Below, in pieces: positions 48,651-59,407 of a DNA stretch of 64,000 nt. The DNA comes from Pelagomonas calceolata (Eukaryota). Each line of letters opens with the position of its first letter. Positions within the stretch are counted from its first letter, which is position 1. The stretch spans positions 3,596,001 through 3,660,000 of the forward strand of contig CAKKNE010000002.1 of the NCBI GenBank assembly GCA_918797485.1. The letters run 5' to 3'. The translations under genes and the position numbers were made by a program. Under the pieces are notes generated by a model. The model saw nothing but the letters and a program-made list of their open reading frames with translations. It had not been told where the DNA came from and did not search any database.

Positions 48651-51600
48651 ATGAGCTCGCGCGAAGCAACGATCAGGTCGTTTAGGGCGAGATCGGTCAA
48701 GGTTGTGTGGGACGGGGCCGCGCCGCCGTCAGTCGAAGCGCTGCAGGCGGCCTTCGCGCCCTTCGGGGCCATCTCGACGGTCCGCGTGAAGCAGCGCACA
48801 GCGCTGGTGCTCTACCGGGACGCGCGGTCGGTGGCGTCGGCGGTCGATGGCACCCGCGGCCCCTGGATCGCGACCGCGGTCGCCACCGAGAGAGCGGATC
48901 CGCGGCGCGGGTCCCCCAGCGCGCCGTTTGGACAAGCGCCGGCCGCGGAGGCGTTCTCGGGCGCGCCGTTTGGACAAGCGCCGGCCGCGGAGGCGCCGGC
49001 GGGAGCAAGCGAGCCGCCGGCCGCAGAAACGTTCTCGGGCGGCGCGCCGTTTGGACAAGCGCCGGCCGCGGAGACGTTCTCGGGCGCGCCGTTTGGACAA
49101 GCGCCGGCCGCGGAGGCGCCGGCGGGAGCAAGCGAGCCGCCGGCCGCAGAAACGTTCTCGGGCGGCGCGCCGTTTGGACAAGCGCCGGCCGCGGAGACGT
49201 TCTCGGGCGCGCCGTTTGGACAAGCGCCGGCCGCGGAGGCGCCGGCGGGAGCAAGCGAGCCGCCGGCCGCAGAAACGTTCTCGGGCGGCGCGCCGTTTGG
49301 ACAAGCGCCGGCCGCGGCACGTTCGCCGGGCGCGCCGTTTGGACAAGCGCCGGCCGCGGAGGCGCCGGCGGGAGCAAGCGAGCCGCCGGCCGCAGAAACG
49401 TTCTCGGGCGGCGCGCCGTTTGGACAAGCGCCGGCCGCGGAGACGTTCTCGGGCGCGCCGTTTGGACAAGCGCCGGCCGCGGAGGCGCCGGCGGGAGCAA
49501 GCGAGCCGCCGGCCGCAGAAACGTTCTCGGGCGGCGCGCCGTTTGGACAAGCGCCCGGCCGCGGGCACGCCGGGCGCGCCGTTTGGACAAGCGCCGGCGC
49601 GGAGGCGCCGGCGGGAGCAAGCGAGCCGCCGGCCGCATAAAACGTTCTCGGGCGGCGCGCCGTTTGGACAAGCGCCCGGCCGCGGACGCCGGGCGCGCCC
49701 GTTTGGACAAGCGCCCGCCGCGGAGGCGCCGGCGGGAGCAAGCGAGCCGCCGGCCGCAGAAACGTTCTCGGGCGGCGCGCCGTTTGGACAAGCGCCGGCC
49801 GCGGGAGACGTTCTCGGGCGCGCCGTTTGGACAAGCGCCCGGCCGCGGAGGCGCCGGCGGGAGCAAGCGAGCCGCCGGCCGCAGAAACGTTCTCGGGCGG
49901 CGCGCCGTTTGGACAAGCGCCGGCCGCGGCACGTTCTCGGGCGCGCCGTTTGGACAAGCGCCCGGCCGCGGAGGCGCCGGGCGGGAGCAAGCGAGCCGCC
50001 GGCCGCAGAAACGTTCTCGGGCGGCGCGCCGTTTGGACAAGCGCCGGCCGCGGAGACGTTCTCGGCGCGCCGTTTGGACAAGCGCCGGCCGGGCACGCTC
50101 GGGCGCGCCCGTTTGGACAAGCGCCCGGCCGCGGAGGCGCCCGGCGGGAGCAAGCGAGCCGCCGGCCGCAGAAACGTTCTCGGGCGGCGCGCCGTTTGGA
50201 CAAGCGCCGGCCGCGGAGACGTTCTCGGGCGCGCCGTTTGGACAAGCGCCGGCCGCGGAGGCGCCGGCGGGAGCAAGCGAGCCGCCGGCCGCAGAAACGT
50301 TCTCGGGCGGCGCGCCGTTTGGACAAGCGCCCGGCCGCGGAGACGCGTTCTCGGGCGCGCCCGTTTGGACAAGCGCCGGCCGCGGAGGCGCCGGGGGAGC
50401 AAGCGAGCCGCCGGCCGCAGAAACGTTCTCGGGCGGCGCGCCGTTTGGACAAGCGCCGGCCGCGGCGGGGACGTTCTCGGGCGCGCCGTTTGGACAAGCG
50501 CCGGCCGCGGAGGCGCCGGCGGGAGCAAGCGAGCCGCCGGCCGCAGAAACGTTCTCGGGCGGCGCGCCGTTTGGACAAGCGCCCGGCCGCGGAGGCGTTC
50601 GGGCGCGCCCGTTTGGACAAGCGGCCGGCCGCGGAGGCGCCGGCGGGAGCAAGCGAGCCGCCGGCCGCAGAAACGTTCTCGGGCGGCGCGCCGTTTGGAC
50701 AAGCGCCGGCCGCGGAGACGTTCTCGGGCGCGCCGTTTGGACAAGCGCCGGCCGCGGAGGCGCCGGCGGGAGCAAGCGAGCCGCCGGCCGCAGAAACGTT
50801 CTCGGGCGGCGCGCCGTTTGGACAAGCGCCGGCCGCGGAGACGTTCTCGGGCGCGCCGTTTGGACAAGCGCCGGCCGCGGAGGCGCCGGGCGGGAGCAAG
50901 CGAGCCGCCCGGCCGCAGAAACGTTCTCGGGCGGCGCGCCGTTTGGACAAGCGCCGGCCGCGGAGACGTTCTCGGGCGCGCCCGTTTGGACAAGCGCCGG
51001 CCGCGGAGGCGCCGGGCGGGAGCAAGCGAGCCGCCGGCCGCAGAAACGTTCTCGGGCGGCGCGCCCGTTTGGACAAGCGCCCGGCCGCGGAGACGTTCTC
51101 GGGCGCGCCCGTTTGGACAAGCGCCGGCCGCGGAGGCGCCGGCGGGAGCAAGCGAGCCGCCCGGCCGCAGAAACGTTCTCGGGCGGCGCGCCGTTTGGAC
51201 AAGCGCCGGCCGCGGATACGTTTCGGGCGCGCCGTTTGGACAAGCGCCGGCCGCGGAGGCGCCGGGCGGGAGCAAGCGAGCCGCCCGGCCGCAGAAACGT
51301 TCTCGGGCGGCGCGCCGTTTGGACAAGCGCCGGCCGGGCACGCGCCGGGCGCGCCGTTTGGACAAGCGCCCGGCCGCGGAGGCGCCGGCGGGAGCAAGCG
51401 AGCCGCCGGCCGCAGAAACGTTCTCGGGCGGCGCGCCGTTTGGACAAGCGCCGGCCGCGGGCACGTTCCGGGCGCGCCGTTTGGACAAGCGCCCGGCCGC
51501 GGAGGCGCCGGCGGGAGCAAGCGAGCCGCCGGCCGCAGAAACGTTCTCGGGCGGCGCGCCGTTTGGACAAGCGCCGGCCGCGGAGACGTTCTCGGGCGCG

Positions 51601-53384
51601 CCGTTTGGACAAGCGCCGGCCGCGGAGGCGCCGGCGGGAGCAAGCGAGCCGCCGGCCGCAGAAACGTTCTCGGGCGGCGCGCCGTTTGGACAAGCGCCGG
51701 CCGCGGAGGCGCCGGCGGGAGCAAGCGAGCCGCCGGCCGCAGAAACGTTCTCGGGCGGCGCGCCGTTTGGACAAGCGCCGGCCCGCGGCACGCCGGGCGC
51801 GCGTTTGGACAAGCGCCCGGCCGCGGAGGCGCCGGCGGGAGCAAGCGAGCCGCCGGCCGCAGAAACGTTCTCGGGCGGCGCGCCGTTTGGACAAGCGCCG
51901 GCCGCGGGCACGTTCTCGGGGCGCGCCGTTTGGACAAGCGCCCGGCCGCGGAGGCGCCGGCGGGAGCAAGCGAGCCGCCGGCCGCAGAAACGTTCTCGGG
52001 CGGCGCGCCGTTTGGACAAGCGCCGGCCGCGGAGACGTTCTCGGGCGCGCCGTTTGGACAAGCGCCGGCCGCGGAGGCGCCGGCGGGAGCAAGCGAGCCG
52101 CCGGCCGCAGAAACGTTCTCGGGCGGCGCGCCGTTTGGACAAGCGCCGGCCGCGGAGACGTTCTCGGGCGCGCCGTTTGGACAAGCGCCGGCCGCGGAGG
52201 CGCCGGCGGGAGCAAGCGAGCCGCCGGCCGCAGAAACGTTCTCGGGCGGCGCGCCGTTTGGACAAGCGCCGGCCGCGGAGACGTTCTCGGGCGCGCCGTT
52301 TGGACAAGCGCCGGCCGCGGAGGCGCTGGCGGGAGCGGGGGAGCCTCGGCCGCATCGCAGCCCCAGAGCCTCGCCGCGCGCCGCGTGCGTAGCGCTTGGT
52401 TTCGGTGGGCGCTTCGCCCGCGGCGGCGGCGGCGCGGCCCCTGGCGTTTTGCGACTCGGACGATTGTGCGACCTTGGCGGCGAGGAGGTCGTCCTCTTCG
52501 GCGTTGCACGCGCGTCGCCGGCGGCACTCGCGGCTGCGCTCCGCCGCACCGAGGTCCTGGCCACCGCGCGGTGCGGCCCGGGCGGCGACGACGGCGGGGT
52601 CGCCGGGCGCCTCCGCGTCGCGCACGTGGCGCTCCTCTGCGACGCAGGGCAATCCGACGCCGCCCTAAGCCGCTGCGCCGCTACGTGCACCGCCGCAGCG
52701 CCGCGCGGCCCTGCCCGCACGGCGCTCGCCGCTGCTGTCGCCCTCGAGGACCGCGTGCGACGGAGTCGCGACGGCAGCCCCATTCCGCGCGCTGCACTTG
52801 CGGCCGCCGCGGCGCCGTCGTCCTTCGATCAGCTCGGGTCGCGGGCTGGCGGCCGCCTCAACGCGCTGACCGCCGCGGAGGCCGCGCCTGCGCCCGCCCC
52901 CGTCGCGCGACCGCCGCCGCCGGCTGCGCCCGCCGTGTTGTGCCCTGCGCGGACTGACGCCATCGACGCCAAGCCTGGGTGGTTCCGACGCAAGCTTTCC
53001 GCCGTCCTCTACCCAGACGCGACGCGCGTCGACCTCGCCGAAGCGTCTGCACCTGCGGCCTACTACGACAAAGCCTGCGGTCGATGGATCCTTCCTGACA
53101 CCGATGGAAAGGACGGGCACTCAACTGCTGCCCCCCCGCTGCGCGCCCCGCCGCCGTCGGCGTCGATGCGCCCCCCGGGGCTTGCGCCCGCGGGTCAATC
53201 TAGCCCCCCGCTGCCCTCGCCGCGGCGCGCGGCCTCGACGTCTGCCATGGCCGCCGATCCGCTCGCCGCCATGATGGCGCCACCGCCAATGCGCGCCGTG
53301 CCACGTGCCCAACGCGTCGGAGATGCCATGACAATCCGTGCGCCACAATCACAATCGACACCTTCCTTCGCAACCTTTGCATAA
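48651..53384 (+). CDS. GC-rich gene: N-terminal RRM, long 41-aa PFG/FSG repeat array, C-terminal Sec16-like region (frame broken inside the array)
   Basis: RRM-like VKVVW...LQAAFAPFGAISTVRV...ALVLY; the repeat frame is continuous with both unique ends; ALRRTEVL...HVALLCDAG..DAALSRC and GWF...LYPDA...AYYDKACGRWI resemble the Sec16 ACE1 C-half and the Sec16 C-terminal motif. Confidence 0.65.
48921..52330 (+). repeat. Coding tandem array, 123-bp unit (81 + 42 bp subunits), about 27-28 copies
   Basis: Unit starts at 48963 and 49086 (period 123); it encodes APFGQAPAAEAPAGASEPPAAETFSGG-APFGQAPAAETFSG. Confidence 0.97.
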
Positions 53385-53449
53385 GAGAGGGCATTCATCC
53401 TAGTCGTGTCTTTTCTAAGGTCTTCCGACTCGGAGTCAAGTTCCGTACC

Positions 53450-54019
53450 GTGACTAATTTCAATGAATTCGTAGCATCGCGCCGGGTATCCGAGCTCGCC
53501 GATGGCTTTAAGGAAATGTCGACCCTCCAAAACACGAGAAAATGGGTTCGGAAGGAACGATTCGGCCTGCCAGAATATTTACTCAGAACGTGCCCCTCGT
53601 CCCTTCGGGAAGGGCGGAGGTTGAAGACGAAGTTCCGCTTGGGTTGCCACGATCTCCGGAGCTCGAGTTGCCGAATGCAACGTGTCCGTAACGCGCAATG
53701 CCCCTGTTGCGAATCCCGCGAGTCGGAAACGATTCAACACGCGTTGTTTGAATGCAAGGCCTTTGAGGAAGAACGTGAGGTATTTCTTTCGAGATTATAC
53801 TCGGTTTGCCCCCTCGCACGGCAATTGACTGATGAGTGCCGTTGTCGGTTGGTCATGGGGGACAATTTACCCCGGGAGATTGAAAATCCGTTTTACCGTT
53901 ATCTTATTGCTATTTCGAAGCTCCGGTTGGGTATCCTGACTGAGCAGGGAGAAGGCTCTTAGGAGCTTGTTCCTATTTTAGGTCTTCCTTTATTTATTTA
54001 TTTATTTATTTATTTATTT
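53450..54019 (+). mobile_element. 5'-truncated non-LTR retrotransposon (ORF2 C-terminal zinc-knuckle region plus simple-repeat tail)
   Basis: KFRLGCHDL...CPCC...ETIQHALFECKAFEEER is the typical post-RT C-terminal motif of LINE ORF2; stop at 53962, followed by (TTTA)7 at 53989-54016. Confidence 0.8.
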
Positions 54020-54380
54020 GGACCGAGAGTCGTGACCCCGTGAATAATAAGTGTCGGGATTTGCTCCGACTGGATTGAATATTCATACCGTCCCCGGGGC
54101 GCGGCTTCCAGGGCTCCCGCGCTTAGGAAATCCCGCGTGAGCTAGCGGCCTGTACGACTCGGAAGAGGTTCCTGGAGATTGCGGGTTGGATCGGGTTGGT
54201 GATGGAGATTGCTAACTAACAGTGTCTTGGGATTCACTTCCCTGGTCTCCACTTTCAATACCGCTTTATTCCTCGCTTTACCTTCTCCGGTTGTGTCTGT
54301 CGGGGCTCGGTGCTTCGTCTAGATGGGGGGTCGTCTCGCTATTATTAAGTGGCGGTCTAGTCGGCCGGGGGGGGGGGGGG

Positions 54381-54636
54381 CGTTGCCGAGAGTTCCTCAT
54401 GCTACGCATGGGAAGGGCTCCATGCTATAGCTGGAGTGTCGCTCCTGGGGAGCCTAGGGGCGCGGGGCGGAGGTCTTTAATTAATTAGAATCGAGGACGG
54501 AGGACACACAGTGGTCCACATCACAGCGCTTGGCGCTTTTCGCCCCGCGCCCCCAGGCTTCCCAAGAGACACCCCAGTTATCGCATTGAGCCCTTCCCAT
54601 GCATGCGGCCCATGCCATGAGGAATTCTCGGCGGCG
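54381..54636. mobile_element. Foldback/MITE-like long imperfect inverted repeat
   Basis: Arms of about 90 bp: gcatgggaagggctc / gagcccttcccatgc, ggggcgcggggcg / cgccccgcgcccc, gccgagagttcctcatg / catgaggaattctcggc; spacer of about 70 bp. Confidence 0.8.
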
Positions 54637-54840
54637 TCTCAACTTCGGGGCCCAATCATGATGACTAGTAATTTCAATGTTTTTGTTTTATGATTTATTT
54701 CGTCCTTGAGGATACTCCCCCTTTAATATGTCAATAACTTGCTTTTTGGGTACTAGGTAGTACTAGCCGTAGTAGAGTATGTACTAGTCGCGTAGCCACG
54801 ACGCAGGTGGCGCACCAAGTACGCAAGAAGCTTCCATACG

Positions 54841-55500
54841 CTAGAGATCGCGCTTCCAGTCGTCTGTCTCCCAGAGCGGATGCTGTAGGAGTGCCTTGAG
54901 CAGCTGTGTTCCCCTGAGCGCTGACGTTAGTGGGAGGTGGCCCTTCGGCGCTTCCTGTAATGTGTAAAAAAACTCGGACTGACCGAACCAGCGGCGCTTG
55001 CGCGCTTGACCAGTGACCTCGTCCTTGGTAGTCCAACCGATCTTGTCGCAGAAACGGTCGAAGACGCCCTTCTGGCGGCGCCAGACGTCTTTCTGCACAG
55101 TGTACCCGAACTTGCCGTCGCTGTAGTGCAGCCACAAGTTTTCGACAGCGCCGAGCGCGGCGGCGTCGAGCGTCCGCGCCTCGGTCCAGTACACGTAGCC
55201 ACGCTTGGTAGCATCTGCGCCAGCAATCTCGATAAGGAGGTCGCGCGTAGTCTGGTCCGCCGCCTCGAAGTCCCCGGCGCGGAGCTGGTCGATCAACGGA
55301 GTTGGGTCGATGCCGCCGGCATCCTCAATGGTTACGGCCGGCCGCGGGCCCGTCTCCATCGCCTGAGGCGGCCCGGCGAGCGCCGCGGCCAAGCGCGCGG
55401 CGTGCGGGCGCCGCGCAGGCGCGGCGGGCGTGAGTGCGAGCGTCGGGCTCAGCCAGAGGAGGCATACCGCCTCGGTTCGCCGAGAACGCCTCATTGCCAT
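54841..55500 (-). CDS. GUN4: GUN4 tetrapyrrole-binding Mg-chelatase activator, plastid-targeted
   Basis: GDFEAADQTTR, LWLHYSDGKFGYTVQKDVW, FCDKIGW, APKGHLPLTSALRGTQLL; hydrophobic signal followed by an A/R/P-rich transit-like leader; ATG at 55500 or 55494. Confidence 0.93.
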   Translation of the reverse strand: MAMRRSRRTEAVCLLWLSPTLALTPAAPARRPHAARLAAALAGPPQAMETGPRPAVTIEDAGGIDPTPLIDQLRAGDFEAADQTTRDLLIEIAGADATKRGYVYWTEARTLDAAALGAVENLWLHYSDGKFGYTVQKDVWRRQKGVFDRFCDKIGWTTKDEVTGQARKRRWFGQSEFFYTLQEAPKGHLPLTSALRGTQLLKALLQHPLWETDDWKRDL

Positions 55501-56527
55501 GTTCAAGCTCACAAAGCTCACAGGCTAATAAAAGCTAGCCCCTAGGGCAATTGGAGGCGGGCTGTTAACTTGAGTCGTTGGCTTCGTGCATCGCATCTGA
55601 GGCAGCCAGGCCCCAAGCGCGCGGCGACGAGGAGCCAGCCGGTAGAGCTAGCTGTACCCGCGAGCTTTGGGTCTGGCTGCCCTCAGGTGCGACGCACGAG
55701 GCCAACGACTCAAGTTACAGCCCGCCTCAGCACTAGGGGCTCCCTACGACCGTACCGACCCCGGGCATTCAGCCCGCCGTACACAACGCTCTCGACGTCT
55801 CGGCCAGGCCTCCACGCGTACCACCGGTCCAATCTGAGCAAACTAAGGCCGCGGTGCGCCTCTTATGGTCCCATACGACCTTATTGTGACGCTTTGCCGT
55901 TTTAGGAAAAACGCCGAGTTCAGCGTCCGCGTTCTATGCGCAGCCCGCATCAAATTCCAAGCGGGTTTGCCTCCGTGTAGTCTATGGGGTGTTGGGCCGG
56001 CGCACCGCCGCTGCCTCCGCATCTAGTCCGGTGTGGCGCACACACAGTGTCTAAAAATGGGCTGCCACGCCATCTAAGCGTTTTTAGGGGACGGAGCACT
56101 AGAATCAGTCCGCAACGCCGGGTTGCGATCGACCAATCCCCACGAAAAGCTGAGGGGCGCTTTTGTGCCCCCCTGGGGCCAGCCTGAGGAGAGTCACGGT
56201 CCCCAGACGGAGTATCCCTGTACAAGCTCCCCCGGAAGCAACTTGAACCGGCTAAAACCGGCGACCCCCCCCATACAAACTACAACAAACTACCTCAACC
56301 TCTTCAAGTTCACCCGGGCCTGGTGTGCCAGTGACAGTGCCAGTGGGCCGACTCGGAGCGGCTGGTTTTTAGTTTCGGAGGAAACTTGAGGAGGTACTTC
56401 TTTTCAACCTTCGATAGGGCTGTGTTTCTTAAAATACTATTACTTGGCGTGGCAATATTACTGAACCCTGATAATGGTAGCTCTGTATTTTGTTACCCCC
56501 CCTTGCTGCGGTGATCATCTCCTCGGC

Positions 56528-58064
56528 ATGGCAGATGACGCACACGACAAACAGGTTGAGATTTGGAAAGTTAAGAAACTTGTGAAGTCCCTGACGCTCG
56601 CGCGCGGCAATGGGACCTCAATGATATCTTTGGTGATACCGCCACGAGATCAGATATCACGTGTCGCCAAAATGCTGGCCGACGAGTATGGCACTGCCTC
56701 AAACATAAAAAGTCGGGTTAATCGTCTGTCAGTACTTGGTGCCATAACAAGTGAGCATCATAGAAAGTTCAAACTATATAATGATTATGCAGGCACACAG
56801 CAACGGCTGAAATTGTATTCACGTGTTCCACCTCATGGTTTAGTGGTGTATTGTGGAACCATCATGACTGATGAAGGCAAAGAAAGACGTGTCAATATTG
56901 ACTTTGAGCCGTGCCCCCCAGAGCATGTCCCACAGATAATTCTCATATAATGCACTGGCTGCAGATTTAAACCAATTAATACATCCCTTTACTTGTGTGA
57001 CAACAAGTTTCATACGGAGGCTCTAGATGAACTCTTGGAGGATGACGAAAAGTTCGGGTTCATTATTATGGATGGCAACGGTTCACTTTATGGCAATACC
57101 AGTCCGAATTGCAATGACCTTGATGCAGTGTTTAATAGGTACGCTGCAGGGCAACAACAGAGACGTGTTGCATAAATTTTCGGTTGACCTACCCAAAAAG
57201 TGAAAATCATGAACTATAGTCTGGTTTCCGAATGTTTGGCCTATAGGCATGGTCGTGGAGGTCAGTCTGCTCTCAGATTTGCACGTCTCCGCCTGGAGAA
57301 ACGTCATAACTATGTCCGAAAAGTAGCAGAACTGGCCGTGCAGATGTTTATTACTGCAGACAAACCTAACGTGTCTGGGCTTGTGTTGGCGGGTTCAGCC
57401 GATTTCAAAAGCGAGCTGCAAACATCTGATATGTTTGACCAAAGACTTGCGTCTGACTATCAGTGTTGCAATTAACATGGCACCGTCGTCAACTAAAATT
57501 AGGCGCATTGTAATCAAGATGGTTGATGTCAGTTATGGTGGAGAAATTGGTTTTAACCAGGCTATTGAGTTATCGGCAGAGACGCTAGGGTCTGTGAAGC
57601 TGGTTCAAGAGAAGCGTTTACTACAAAAGTTTTTCGACGAAATTTCGCAGGATACTGGCAAATATTGTTTTATGGTTGTTGACACGCTACGTGCACTAGA
57701 GCTGGGCGCAGTGGAGACCCTTATCGTATGGGAGAATCTAGATATAGATCGCATCAAATTGCGTAATCACGCAGCGTCGGAGGATAGAGTACTGCATCTT
57801 TCTAAGGAACAACAAGCACATGAACATTATTTTCATGACAGTGTATCTGGCGTTGAACTTGAAGAGATAGAGAAGTTGCCACTGGTTGAGTGGCTTGCGA
57901 ACAACTACAAGTCGTTTGGAACAACCCTCGAGTTCATCACCAACCGTTCCCAAGAAGGCTCACAGTTTTGCCGAGGTTTTGGTGGCATTGGTGGTATACT
58001 ACGTTGGCGAGTAGACTTTCTTGAAATTGACATGGCTGAAGATACCGCGGGGGAGTGCACTTAG
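56528..58064 (+). CDS. ETF1: Eukaryotic peptide chain release factor 1, at least 6 exons
   Basis: [48 protein letters not shown]. Introns 56751-56792, 56911-56964, 57093-57138 (GC-AG), 57200-57246, 57451-57502. Confidence 0.97.
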
Positions 58065-58894
58065 GATTTTAAAATCAGCAGCGCAATGACATGACGGGAC
58101 GAGGGGGGTCCACTTCCATTCTTGTCAGATGAGCTCGCTTACCCTGGCCCTGGCGATCCGACACGAAGTAGCCGGTAGAGACCGGTAACTTTTCCTACTA
58201 GGCAGGAATAAATTTCGATTTTCGGATACCACGGTAGTTTTTAGCAATATAAAACACTGGCAGGCGCGCGCGCGCGGCTCACTTACATAGATACGACCCG
58301 GTAGAAAATAAATGGGGTTCCGAATTCAGAATTCACCATAGTCGTTCACCGAGACAAAATATTCTAGAGTAGCGGCCCGGGAACATACCCACGAGGCTCC
58401 CGAAAGACGCTGCCGCGGACGACTCAGGCTGTACGTTGACGGACGACTGTAGGTTGGTCTTGTCGCCGCGCTCCTGAGTCGACGTTGTTGTAGGTAGCCG
58501 CGGCGAGAATGCCATAGGAAATATGGCCCGGGCCCAGCGGGTCCGGGCGGGCCCAGCGGGTCCGGGCCCGAGGGATAAATAGGGTCTGGTGGGAATTTCA
58601 AGTTTTTAGTCGAGACTTCGTCCAGGGCTCTCTGTAGCCTGAGGGGTGGGATGAGTGGTATCATGTGTCGAGGGTGTCCCCCCCTGCCTGTTCTTGCCCC
58701 CCCTGCCTGTTCTTGCCAGGGGTGAGGGTTGCCAGTGCTTCAAGCTATCTTGAGGGCCAATTACAGTGTTCCGAGTCGCGCATAGGCCTACTTTGTGAAG
58801 CTCCGTCTTGCTAATTTTAATCCGTCCGTAACACGGCGCGAGGGCATCCTCGCGAAAGGCACTTAGTCTAATGTCGTGGGCACGGGCAGCCGGA

Positions 58895-59147
58895 CTACGC
58901 ATTGAAAAAACGTGGCACTAAGTGGGCTGCCGTTTGCCGAGAAAGCCATACGATCGGCTTTCTGGCGCCGTTTCGAGCCCATCGGGCCACCGCAGCGTCG
59001 GACATCGGTCACCACGTGGCCGTCGATGATCTGAGACGAAGTCTGGCAGCAGCGGCCCGTAAGATGTCGGTCTATGTGTGGACGGTTTCGGGTGGAAATC
59101 GTGCCGTGGGTCGCGAGATTTGGGGGCTTCCCAGCCACCACGGCGTG
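58895..59147 (+). repeat. Dispersed repeat, direct copy of 47985-48290
   Basis: Direct sequence match to 47985-48290 with small indels. Confidence 0.9.
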
Positions 59148-59407
59148 AATACGCGAGAGGGGAAGGGGGGGGGGGGCGGAGATTGGCCGAGGCGGCCATA
59201 CCCCGCAGTAGCGGAGTTCGTGGGGGCTGTTGCACCGCTTGCGGCCGGCTCTTCGCCCGTAGGCCGCCCAAGACCGCGGTGGGGTAGTGCGGGGCTGCGG
59301 AGCGCCGGGCGGCTCATCATGGCCGATTTAGGGCTTGGTATGCTTGGTATCAAAACAAAAACTCTCTAGTAATCTGTCGACAATAACCTATTAATAATTG
59401 CAGACTG

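Noticed and set aside
48921..52330. CRISPR-like array
   Set aside because: The intervening sequences are themselves repeated rather than unique spacers, the period is a multiple of 3 and in frame with a gene, and there are no cas genes
48697..52957. Six overlapping ORFs longer than 1000 aa on both strands
   Set aside because: Artefact of a very GC-rich repeat unit with no stop codon in any frame
56528..58064. Variant genetic code or programmed frameshifting in eRF1
   Set aside because: The broken ORFs are explained by five short introns; the GTS, TASNIKS, YxCxxxF and GGQ motifs are standard; TAA, TAG and TGA all end genes in this window
58526..58720. Short tandem duplications (ggcccagcgggtccgggc x2, ccccctgcctgttcttg x2), and similar ones at about 5503, 14711 and 36666
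   Set aside because: Ordinary local slippage or duplication with no further structure
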